Shown here: in pieces, positions 41,678 through 50,121 of the stretch
Layout: each line of letters begins with the position of its first letter
Position numbering within the stretch: position 1 is the first letter of the stretch
Source: an uncultured Gemmatimonadaceae bacterium
Lineage (GTDB): Bacteria; Gemmatimonadota; Gemmatimonadetes; Gemmatimonadales; GWC2-71-9
Length of the DNA stretch: 64,000 nucleotides
Reading direction: 5' to 3'
NCBI GenBank assembly: GCA_964348295.1
Contig: CAYGBV010000013.1
Span: forward strand, 5,993-69,992
Position numbers and translations under genes: made by a program
The notes under the pieces: generated by a model
Databases searched by the model: none
Seen by the model: only the letters and a program-made list of their open reading frames with translations
What the model was told of the DNA's origin: nothing

Positions 41678-42250
41678 ATGTATTCCGTTCGCGTTCCAGT
41701 TCTGGCGGCCGTCGCCGTCATCACGCTCACGACCACCGCGCTGGCACAGGAGGCCAAGTTCGTTGGCATCTCCGGCGGAGCTACGCTGGGCGACCTCAAT
41801 GGCGGCGTGACCAACACCGACAACCGCTGGGGCGGTACCGCCGGGGTGTTCTTCGGCTACCGCAGGTGGTACACGATCGGCGTGCTCGAGGCCAACTGGG
41901 TACAGAAGGGTGGCGGGGACACCCGCATCGACTACATCGAGGTTCCGTTCCTCGTTGGCGGCGGGACCACGACGGACGCCGGGATCCTGTTCCGGCTCTA
42001 CACGGGGCTGGGAATCGCCTTCCCCATCGGCTGTAACTCCACCTCGACCTCCGAGCTCCAGAACTGCGACCTGAAGAAGAGCCCCGAGTGGGCGTGGCCC
42101 ATCGGCCTGCTCGTCGGGCGCGAAATCGGCGGCCCTCGCTTCGCGGCCATCGACGCGCGCTACTCGATCGGCATCTCGGACGCGTTCGATAACGCGATAT
42201 CCTCGAATCGCTCCTGGCAGTTCCGCCTGTACGTGGGTCAGCGACTCTGA
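41678..42250 (+). CDS. Small outer membrane beta-barrel protein
   Basis: Signal peptide (ALA-QE), alternating Gly/aromatic strands, DARYSIG, C-terminal strand QFRLYVGQRL. Confidence 0.7.
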   Translation: MYSVRVPVLAAVAVITLTTTALAQEAKFVGISGGATLGDLNGGVTNTDNRWGGTAGVFFGYRRWYTIGVLEANWVQKGGGDTRIDYIEVPFLVGGGTTTDAGILFRLYTGLGIAFPIGCNSTSTSELQNCDLKKSPEWAWPIGLLVGREIGGPRFAAIDARYSIGISDAFDNAISSNRSWQFRLYVGQRL

Positions 42251-42282
42251 TCCGGCGCCGCGCAGCGGGCGCGCCAACCAGA

Positions 42283-42311
42283 AAGGGCGAGCGCACGGCG
42301 CGCTCGCCCTT
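42283..42311. terminator. Hairpin between convergent genes, likely bidirectional terminator
   Basis: AAGGGCGAGCGC-ACGGC-GCGCTCGCCCTT, perfect 12-bp stem. Confidence 0.7.
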
Positions 42312-42337
42312 GGCACATCCGGCACCGCGGTGGGCCG

Positions 42338-43738
42338 CTAGCCTCTCAGCCCGGCCACGAACTTGTCGAGCAGCGTGCTGGGGAACGTCCCGCCCGACTC
42401 GAGTATGTCGCGATACCGCGTGAGCGCGTCGGCCACCTCGTAGAAGTCGCGCGGCACCCGCTCGGCGCGCCCTCCCTTCCCTTGCCTCGCCTGCTCGGCC
42501 GAGGTGCGCTGCAGCAGGTCCTCCAACTCCTCGGTGTCGCGGCCCTTGATCATCGCCAGCGCCGCGCCGGCCAGGAGCAGGTGGGGCAGCGCCGAGCCGT
42601 CGGGCAACCGGAACTCCACGGTGGCGGGCGTTACCACCCGACCGGTCCCGTCGGTGGCCACCACCGGCAGGCGAATCAGTGCCTGGCGGTCGTAGTCGCC
42701 CCACACGATGGTGCTGGGTGCCTCCTTGGCCTGGCGGATACGGACGAAGGAGCCCTCTACCCGGTTGCCGAACGCCATGAGGGCACCACCCATCTGCACC
42801 AGCCCACCGATGAGCCACCGGGCGCCATCGGTAAGCGTGCCGTCCTCGTGCTTGACGGGCAGCACCTCGCCGTCCTTGACGGGCGCCAGGTGGAAGTGGA
42901 GTCCGTTCCCAGCGTGGCCCTCGAGCATCATCGGGCCCGTGGCGCAGCGCATGCCCTTCCGGTGCGCCAGGTTCCGCAGCACCCATTGGGTGAGCAGAAT
43001 CCCGTCGGCGGCTTCGGGCAGCGGCGCCAGGGAGAGCTCGATCTCGTGCTGCTCCCAGATGACGCCTCCCGCCTCGCTCGCCTCGATGTAGCCCACCTCG
43101 CTGTGTCCGTACTTGACCGGCACCGCGAGGTCTGCCAGCAGCGCGAGCGCCTTGCGCCGCAACCCTTCTCCGAACACGAATGGGGAGCTGGCGTGGTAGC
43201 CCCGGTCGTCGGCGCCGTAGATGTCCGACTCGTCGCGTCGCTTGCCGAGGAAGTACTCGACCTCACCGAGGGCCCAGAGCTCGACGCCCGCGGTCTCCTT
43301 GAGCTGCCGCACGGCGCGGCGCAGGATCGTGTCGGGCGAGGCCGCCAACGGCTTTCCGTCCCGGTCCGCGTGCCCGCACATCAGCACCAGCGTCGGGAGC
43401 GACGCGAACGGATCGAGGAACGCGGTCCCCACGCGGGGCCGCAGCACGATGTCGGACCGGTCGGGCGGAATCCCGGCGCGCGGGAACAGGCTCGAGCCGT
43501 CGGCCCGCTCGCCGCCCTCGATGATGTCCTCGAGCTGCTGCGCGCTGCGCGGCACGAAATCCAGCGTCTTGAGCCAGCCGTCGCCGCCCACGTGCATCAG
43601 GCTCACGACTTGAATGCCGCGGGCCCGCACCAGCTCCACCAGATCGGCCGCGGTCCACGCGGCGCGTGGCTTGTCCAGCTCGTCCTCCAGGCTCATTCCC
43701 CGCGGCACTGGCGTGCGCGGCCGTGTTTCTTCACTCAT
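42338..43738 (-). CDS. Glutamine synthetase-family protein (Bacteroidota-like GS I variant)
   Basis: DGSSLF, GEVEYF, HSEVG, QHEIE, GNGLHFH, EAP, DRQALIRLP, VEFRLPD; ATG 43738 overlaps gatD stop. Confidence 0.88.
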   Translation of the reverse strand: MSEETRPRTPVPRGMSLEDELDKPRAAWTAADLVELVRARGIQVVSLMHVGGDGWLKTLDFVPRSAQQLEDIIEGGERADGSSLFPRAGIPPDRSDIVLRPRVGTAFLDPFASLPTLVLMCGHADRDGKPLAASPDTILRRAVRQLKETAGVELWALGEVEYFLGKRRDESDIYGADDRGYHASSPFVFGEGLRRKALALLADLAVPVKYGHSEVGYIEASEAGGVIWEQHEIELSLAPLPEAADGILLTQWVLRNLAHRKGMRCATGPMMLEGHAGNGLHFHLAPVKDGEVLPVKHEDGTLTDGARWLIGGLVQMGGALMAFGNRVEGSFVRIRQAKEAPSTIVWGDYDRQALIRLPVVATDGTGRVVTPATVEFRLPDGSALPHLLLAGAALAMIKGRDTEELEDLLQRTSAEQARQGKGGRAERVPRDFYEVADALTRYRDILESGGTFPSTLLDKFVAGLRG

Positions 43739-45129
43739 CGCCACACCTTCTCCAGGAACTCCTGAATCTCCGGCACCCCACCCTGGAACACCAGGTACCC
43801 GTCGTGCGGCTCGCGTGCCGTGGTCTCGCCGGCGACGGGCGTCATCATGAGCTGCTTCACCGCCTCCGGATCGTCGGGGTGTGCCCCCAGCGCCCACCCC
43901 AGCTTAACGAACGCCACCTCGGGCAGCATGTTGGCGAGCGGGATGACGCCGAGCTCCAGGATCTCGCGCCCCGTCTCGTACACCTGCATCTGCACGAAGC
44001 CCCACAGGGTCTGGAGCGTCATGTACATGTGCACGCCGGCGGCGTGCGCCCGCCCCAGCGCCGGATAGATAGTACGATTGACGTGCCCCAGGCCCGTGCC
44101 CGCGATCACAATTCCCTTGTAGCCCTTCTCCACCAACGCATCCACTACGTCGGCGTGCATGCCCGGGTAGTAGTACAGCATCGTGACCCGCTCGTCGTAC
44201 ACCGCCTGGACCGTGACGTCGCAGTCGTTGCGGCGCCGCTGCCAGTCGTCCTTGAGCGGGGTGATCGTGCCCTTCTCCACCATGGCGAGGGGAACGTCCC
44301 CCAGCGTGCGGAACGTGCTGCGGTAGGAGCTGTGCATCTTGCGCACCCGCGTGCCGCGGTGCAGCAGGTTGTAGCGGTCCGAGGTGGGGCCGAACATGCA
44401 CACCATCACCTCGGCGATCGGCCCGCGCGCCGCCGTCCACGTGGCATTGATGAGGTTCTGCGCCGCGTCGGACGACGGCCGGTCGGAGGAGCGCTGCGAG
44501 CCCACCATGACGACGGGCACCGGCGGCCGCTGCACCATGAACGACAGCGCCGCCGCCGTGTGGTGCATCGTGTCGGTGCCGTGGCCGATCACCACGCCGT
44601 CCCAGCCGTCGCGAATCGCCTCGCCCACTTTCTCGGCGAGGATGAGATACTGCTCGGGCCCCATGTTCTCGCTGAACACGCCGAACAGCTTCTCCGTCTC
44701 GAGGTTGCAGATGTCGGCCAGCTCGGGCACCGAGCCGTAGAGCTCCCCGGGGCTGAACGCCGGGATCACCGCGCCCGTGCGGTAGTCGAGCCGCGACGCG
44801 ATGGTGCCGCCCGTGCCGAACAGCTTCACGCGCGGCTTCACCGGATCGGTGGGGAACTCCTTCTCGGGGATCTTGTAGCGCGCCTCGCGGTAGCCGGTCT
44901 CTTCCATCACGAGGATGGTGTCGAACCTGAGCCCCACGTTGTAGCCGCTCCCCAGCTTGAGCACCAGGTGCGCGTCGTCGCTGGTCTCCGAGCGCGGCAG
45001 GATCAGCCCCTCGAAGTCGCCGCGGGTGGTGCGGGCCTTCACCTCGCTCCACACCTTCACTCCGAACCGCTTCATCACCTCGAGGGTGGGTCCGCGGTAT
45101 CCCTTGTATTGGTCCTTGCCGCCGCTCAT
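43735..45129 (-). CDS. gatD: Glu-tRNA(Gln) amidotransferase subunit D (archaeal-type, asparaginase fold)
   Basis: GatD-specific N-domain (YKGYRG...EGLILPRSETSDDAHLVLKLGSGYNVG), TGGTIASRLDYRTGAV, SENM, HGTDTMH, GSQRSSDRPSSDA, HRGTRVRKMHSS, AFVKLGWALG. Confidence 0.92.
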   Translation of the reverse strand: MSGGKDQYKGYRGPTLEVMKRFGVKVWSEVKARTTRGDFEGLILPRSETSDDAHLVLKLGSGYNVGLRFDTILVMEETGYREARYKIPEKEFPTDPVKPRVKLFGTGGTIASRLDYRTGAVIPAFSPGELYGSVPELADICNLETEKLFGVFSENMGPEQYLILAEKVGEAIRDGWDGVVIGHGTDTMHHTAAALSFMVQRPPVPVVMVGSQRSSDRPSSDAAQNLINATWTAARGPIAEVMVCMFGPTSDRYNLLHRGTRVRKMHSSYRSTFRTLGDVPLAMVEKGTITPLKDDWQRRRNDCDVTVQAVYDERVTMLYYYPGMHADVVDALVEKGYKGIVIAGTGLGHVNRTIYPALGRAHAAGVHMYMTLQTLWGFVQMQVYETGREILELGVIPLANMLPEVAFVKLGWALGAHPDDPEAVKQLMMTPVAGETTAREPHDGYLVFQGGVPEIQEFLEKVWR

Positions 45130-47213
45130 GCCACCGTCTCCGGCACGGCGTCCTCGAGCGCCTGTGTCAGCCGCCGCCGTACGTCGGTCGGGTCGAGCCG
45201 GCCCAGGAACCCGGGCATGACCGCACCCATCGCCCAGCGCAGCACACCGTCGCGTGACGCGGTCGTGAGCGACTGTGCCTCGACCACCACGTCGGTCAGG
45301 CGGCGCGTGAGCTCGTCCGCGTCGTGGGCACGGCCCCGGTAGCGCGCCAGCAGCTCGTGTGCCGCGACCTCGGGTCGCTCGATGAGCGCATCCAGCATGC
45401 GGTCCAGCGCTTCTACCCGGATCTCACCCTTCTCGATGGCAAGCACCATGGGCGCGAGGCGCTCGGGCGCGGGCAGCGCCGCCGCATCCCGCGTGAGCCG
45501 CCCCTGCCGGCGGTGGTGCGGCAGCCGCTTCTGGAACGCGTTGGCGAGCCGGCGCGCCACGTCACCGGCCGCGGGCGCGAGCGCGTCGAACAGATCGGCC
45601 CACTCCGCCCGGGCGAGTCGCCGCGCCATTCGGAGTTCTAGCCCCAGCTTCTCGTAGCGCGCCTCACGCGCCCATGGCGTCTCGGCGATCTGCTCGCGCA
45701 CCTCGGCCACCAGCGCGTCGGCAATGGGCAAGGGCGGCGTGTCGGTATCGGGGTACATGCGGTCCGGCCCCGGCAAAATGCGCTCGAACCCGTTGGTACC
45801 GTCGTCGAACGCCTGGCGCGTCTCCGAGGGCACGCCGACCAGGGCGTCCTGGCACCGGATCAGCACCTCGCGCGCCGCGGTGGCCGCGTCCTCTTCCGTG
45901 CCCCACACGACGACGATCGCGTCACCCGTCTCGGCCTTGAGCTGCTTGCGCAACTCGCGCCACTCGCGCGGGTCGAGCCCGTAGTCCTTGATGTCGGAGT
46001 GGATCATGAACGGGCGGTGCTCCGGACACGCGATCACGCGCACCCGGTCGGCGATCTCGCGGGCGAAGGTCACGCCGGGCTGGGTGCGGTGATTGAGCAA
46101 ACCATCGAAGCCGGGGAGCCGCACCGCAGCGATCGTCTCCCCCCGCTCCAGCGCGTCGCGCATCGGTTGAAAGTCGGAGTGAGCGAGCGCGGTGCCAGCG
46201 TCCACCACCTGGTCGCTCACCTCCCACGGCAGCCCACCCTCCGGAGTGGTGAGCATGTCGTCCCCCACCTCGCGCCGCACCAGCTCGGCCTTCACCCTGA
46301 GCAGGTTGAGCTGGCGGAACGCCTCGGTGTGGACCAGGAGCGGCAAGTGCTTGTGGTTGTCCACCCCCTTGAGCTCCACTCGCCGCCCGCCCGCCACCGA
46401 GACGTTGGTGTCCTGCCGTGCCGCTCCCGGGCCGCGCCGCACCTTCCCCGTGGCCTGCGCGATGGCCGCCAGCAGGCGCCCTCCCGCACGGACCTCCCAG
46501 GGAGTCAGCAGGTCGGGCTCGGTGACCGTCTCGGTAAGCGGCATCCCCAGGCGGTCGGTCTTGAACGTGATGCGGTGGCCGATGTCGGTCACCTCACGGC
46601 AGGAGTCCTCCTCCAGCGAGAGCTGCCGGATCCTGAGCTCCCGGTCCACGCCTAGCTCCGGCACCCGGAACGGCACCGTGCCCGTGAGCCCCACCATGGC
46701 CGTGCGCTGGAAGCCCGTGGGGATCGAGCCGTCCAGGTACTGCTTGCGCATCACGTGTAGCTCGGACACCAGGTTCAGATTGCAGAGCTGCGCGATCTCA
46801 ACCGCGATCCGCACCGCCTCTTCGTCGAGCTCGAACGGCGGCGTGTCGTCCATCTCGTAGGTGCAGACCGTGCCGCGCTCCAGCCGGTACACGATCTCCT
46901 TCTTGGTCTTGAACTCCATGAGCGCGGTGCCGTCGTACTCGCCCAACTCGCTCAAGGTGGGGCGCATGTGGCGCAGTACCTCGGCGTCGTACACGGTCAC
47001 CCGCCGGCCCGCCGGACAGCGGCAGAACAGCTTGGACGTGGTGCGGAGCTGCTGGTGGACCTCGACGCCGGACATGAATCCCACGGCGTCGTAATCGCCG
47101 GGCGTCATGTCGGCCAGGTCCTTGTCGCGGAAGTCCAGCGCCGGCTCCCGGCGGGGGTTCAGATCCGCCGGGGGGCGCGGGCCGGACTGGTTGGCGTTGT
47201 CGTCGTCGCTCAT
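45126..47213 (-). CDS. gatE: Glu-tRNA(Gln) amidotransferase subunit E (archaeal-type)
   Basis: GVEVHQQL..KLFC, RPTLSELGEYD, MRK...DGS..TGFQRT, LEED, DRLGMPL.E, KVRRG.G..RQD.NVS..GG.RVELKGV, AspRS-like insertion, GVPSETR, LPGPDRMYPDTDTPP, tail WAMGAVM; start trimmed to ATG 47213. Confidence 0.92.
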   Translation of the reverse strand: MSDDDNANQSGPRPPADLNPRREPALDFRDKDLADMTPGDYDAVGFMSGVEVHQQLRTTSKLFCRCPAGRRVTVYDAEVLRHMRPTLSELGEYDGTALMEFKTKKEIVYRLERGTVCTYEMDDTPPFELDEEAVRIAVEIAQLCNLNLVSELHVMRKQYLDGSIPTGFQRTAMVGLTGTVPFRVPELGVDRELRIRQLSLEEDSCREVTDIGHRITFKTDRLGMPLTETVTEPDLLTPWEVRAGGRLLAAIAQATGKVRRGPGAARQDTNVSVAGGRRVELKGVDNHKHLPLLVHTEAFRQLNLLRVKAELVRREVGDDMLTTPEGGLPWEVSDQVVDAGTALAHSDFQPMRDALERGETIAAVRLPGFDGLLNHRTQPGVTFAREIADRVRVIACPEHRPFMIHSDIKDYGLDPREWRELRKQLKAETGDAIVVVWGTEEDAATAAREVLIRCQDALVGVPSETRQAFDDGTNGFERILPGPDRMYPDTDTPPLPIADALVAEVREQIAETPWAREARYEKLGLELRMARRLARAEWADLFDALAPAAGDVARRLANAFQKRLPHHRRQGRLTRDAAALPAPERLAPMVLAIEKGEIRVEALDRMLDALIERPEVAAHELLARYRGRAHDADELTRRLTDVVVEAQSLTTASRDGVLRWAMGAVMPGFLGRLDPTDVRRRLTQALEDAVPETVA

Positions 47214-47331
47214 GGGCCGAGAAAGATATCGTCGAGACGGTGTAGTTGCCTGCCAGCAGGCCCTTGCGGCCATGGCGTGCCCTATCTAGGCTTATCCCGA
47301 CAACAATCATCCCCATTGATCCGAAACAGGC

Positions 47332-48246
47332 ATGTCGATCCGACCCGTCAAGCGAGTCATCCAGTCGCAGCCGACCCTGGAGGGCGCCGGTGTCCGGCTG
47401 CGGCGCGCCTTCGGGTTCGGCGACACGTCCGACTACGACCCGTTTCTGCTGCTGGACGACTTCCGCAACGAGAATCCCGACGACTACCTCGCGGGCTTTC
47501 CGTGGCACCCGCATCGCGGCATCGAGACCATCACGTACGTGCTCGCGGGCACGGTGGAGCACGGCGACAGCCTGGGCAACAGCGGCGCGCTGGGCGCCGG
47601 TGACGTGCAGTGGATGACGGCCGGCCGTGGCATCCTGCACCAGGAGATGCCGCAGGGCGATCCCAAGGGGCGGATGCACGGCTTCCAGCTCTGGGCCAAC
47701 CTTCCCTCGTCGCTCAAGATGACCGAGCCGCGCTACCAGGACGTCTCCTCGGCCGACATTCCTGAGGTCACCGACGACGACGGCACGCACGTGCGGGTCA
47801 TCTGCGGCAGCTTCTGGGGCAAGACCGGTCCGGTAGACGGCATCGCGGCCGACCCCCGTTACCTCGACGTGTGGGTCCCGCCCGGCACGCGCAAGACGCT
47901 GCCCGTCGAGACCTCACGCCACGCATTCGCCTACGTGTTCGACGGCGCGGGCAGCTTCCGTGACGCATCGCAGCCGCGCGACGTGCGCACCGACCAGGTG
48001 GGCGAGCCGGTCACAGCAGAGTCGGCAGCAGCAAAGGAAGAAGAAGTAGCGAACCGCTCGCTCGTGCTGTTCGACCGCGGCGACGAGGTCACGGTCCAGG
48101 CCGGTGAGCAGGGCATCCGTTTCCTGCTCGTCTCGGGCAAGCCCATCGAGGAGCCCGTGGCGTGGTACGGCCCCATCGTGATGAATACGCAGCAGGAGCT
48201 GCAGCAGGCGTACGCGGAGCTGCGGGAGGGGACGTTCATCCGGTAG
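47332..48246 (+). CDS. Pirin family protein
   Basis: DPFLLLDDF, FPWHPHRGIETIT, WMTAGRGILHQE, YGPIVMNT. Confidence 0.93.
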   Translation: MSIRPVKRVIQSQPTLEGAGVRLRRAFGFGDTSDYDPFLLLDDFRNENPDDYLAGFPWHPHRGIETITYVLAGTVEHGDSLGNSGALGAGDVQWMTAGRGILHQEMPQGDPKGRMHGFQLWANLPSSLKMTEPRYQDVSSADIPEVTDDDGTHVRVICGSFWGKTGPVDGIAADPRYLDVWVPPGTRKTLPVETSRHAFAYVFDGAGSFRDASQPRDVRTDQVGEPVTAESAAAKEEEVANRSLVLFDRGDEVTVQAGEQGIRFLLVSGKPIEEPVAWYGPIVMNTQQELQQAYAELREGTFIR

Positions 48247-48383
48247 CTGCCCATGTCCCGGACTGCGCGGCGAATCCCTACTTGACAACCCACGCACCAA
48301 CTGGCCTCATCAGGCAGCGACACACGAAACTCCAACCCATTTGCATTCGCGCTGCATCAATGTCCAAAGGAGGAACCACAACC

Positions 48384-49940
48384 ATGAGGAGACTATCCAC
48401 GGCGGCTGCCACACTGCTGCTCACCGCAGTGTGCGTGACGCCGGCATTCGCTCAGGACAGGCCCAACATCCTGGTGGTCTGGGGCGACGACATCGGGCAG
48501 TCCAACATCAGCGCCTACACGATGGGGTTGGTGGGCTACCGGACGCCCAACATCGACCGCATCGCCAACGAAGGCATGATCTTCACCGACTACTACGGCG
48601 AGCAGAGCTGCACGGCCGGCCGCTCCTCGTTCATCACGGGCCAGAGTGTGTTCCGGACCGGCCTATCCAAGGTGGGCCTCCCCGGAGCCGACCTTGGGCT
48701 GCAGATCGAGGATCCCACAATCGCCGTCTTCCTGAAGGATCTGGGCTACGCCACGGGCCAGTTCGGCAAGAACCACCTGGGCGACCGGGATGAGTTCCTG
48801 CCCACCAACCACGGCTTCGACGAGTTCCTCGGCAACCTGTACCACCTCAACGCTGAGGAGGAGCCGGAGAACGAGGACTACCCGGGCGATGTGGTGCTGC
48901 GCGACGGCCGTACCTTCCACGAGGCCTTCGGACCCCGCGGAGTGATCCACAGTTGGGCCGACGGCCGCATCGAGGACACGGGTCCGCTCACGAAGAAGCG
49001 CATGGAGACGGTGGACGACGAAACGGTCGAGGCGGCACTCCGCTTCATTCGGGACGCCCATGCCGCAGGAACGCCGTGGTTCGTGTGGTGGAACGGCACC
49101 CGGATGCACTTCCGCACACACGTCAAGGAGGAGCTGCGGGGGATCTCCGGGCAGGACGAGTACGCGGACGGAATGGTCGAGCACGACATGCACATCGGCC
49201 AGTTCCTCGACCTGCTCGACGAGCTGGACATCGCGGACAACACCATTGTCTTCTACAGCACCGACAACGGCCCGCACATGAACACGTGGCCCGACGCTGC
49301 CTGGTCGCCATTCCACGGGGAGAAGAACACCAACTGGGAGGGCGGCTGGCGGGTGCCGGCGATGGTGCGCTGGCCCGGCAGGATCGCTCCAGGGTCGGTG
49401 AACAACGAGGTCGTGCATCACATGGATTGGCTCCCGACTTTCGCTGCGGCGGCGGGCAAGGACAACATCAAGGAAGACCTGCTCGACGGTTACCGCTCCA
49501 GGGCCATGGACAGGTCATACAAGGTGCATCTGGACGGCTACAACATCCTGCCGCTGCTCACGGGTGAGACCGACGAGAGCCCGCGCCATGAGATCTTCTA
49601 CTTCTCCGACACCGGCGACCTGACGGCGCTGCGCTACGCGGACTGGAAGCTCGTCTTCATGGAACAGCGTTCGGATGCCGGTCTCCGCGCTTGGATTGAC
49701 CCCTGGATCCCGCTCCGCGTGCCGCTGGTCTTCAACCTGCGGCGCGACCCGTATGAGCGGGCCATCGAGACGTCCAATACCTACTACGACTGGCTCATCG
49801 ACCGTGTCTTCCTGCTGGTACCCGCACAACAGTACGTCGCGAGGTTCCTGCAGACGTTCCAGGAGTTCCCGCCGCGCCAGACGCCCGCGAGCTTCAGCAT
49901 CGACCAAGTGATGGAGAAGCTCGTACCGCCGTCGCACTAG
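48384..49940 (+). CDS. Exported arylsulfatase (Cys-type formylglycine sulfatase)
   Basis: AAGGAGG RBS, signal peptide, WGDDIG, SCTAGRSSFITG (CxxxR), GKNHLG, STDNG. Confidence 0.93.
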   Translation: MRRLSTAAATLLLTAVCVTPAFAQDRPNILVVWGDDIGQSNISAYTMGLVGYRTPNIDRIANEGMIFTDYYGEQSCTAGRSSFITGQSVFRTGLSKVGLPGADLGLQIEDPTIAVFLKDLGYATGQFGKNHLGDRDEFLPTNHGFDEFLGNLYHLNAEEEPENEDYPGDVVLRDGRTFHEAFGPRGVIHSWADGRIEDTGPLTKKRMETVDDETVEAALRFIRDAHAAGTPWFVWWNGTRMHFRTHVKEELRGISGQDEYADGMVEHDMHIGQFLDLLDELDIADNTIVFYSTDNGPHMNTWPDAAWSPFHGEKNTNWEGGWRVPAMVRWPGRIAPGSVNNEVVHHMDWLPTFAAAAGKDNIKEDLLDGYRSRAMDRSYKVHLDGYNILPLLTGETDESPRHEIFYFSDTGDLTALRYADWKLVFMEQRSDAGLRAWIDPWIPLRVPLVFNLRRDPYERAIETSNTYYDWLIDRVFLLVPAQQYVARFLQTFQEFPPRQTPASFSIDQVMEKLVPPSH

Positions 49941-49959
49941 GGCTCGTGACGCGCATCAA

Positions 49960-49990
49960 GGACCGGGGATCCACCAGGGGTCCCCGGTCC
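49960..49990 (+). terminator. Probable rho-independent terminator after sulfatase
   Basis: GGACCGGGGATCC-ACCAG-GGGTCCCCGGTCC stem-loop followed by TCTCGCTT. Confidence 0.65.
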
Positions 49991-50121
49991 TCTCGCTTAC
50001 CGACGTCGGTACCGGCTCAGATCTTAGGCTATCTCGTTGGCAGCGGAGCCGACAGCCCAAGCCTGAACGCCGACCGACGCTTTCCTAAACCACCCATTCC
50101 AAAGACCCAAGGAGCGAGACA

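Noticed and set aside
41432-42325. 5' extension making the TolC ORF 1104 aa
   Set aside because: It is antisense to the beta-barrel gene; the signal peptide starts near 41431-41461
43735-45129. Calling this gene a plain L-asparaginase
   Set aside because: It has the extra GatD N-terminal domain and the SRLDYRTGAV and QRSSDRPSSD signatures, and is coupled to gatE
45126-47213. Calling this gene gatB
   Set aside because: It has the GatE-specific insertion and motifs (DGS..GFQRT, LEED) rather than GatB RKNYFYPD, and its partner is GatD, not GatA/GatC
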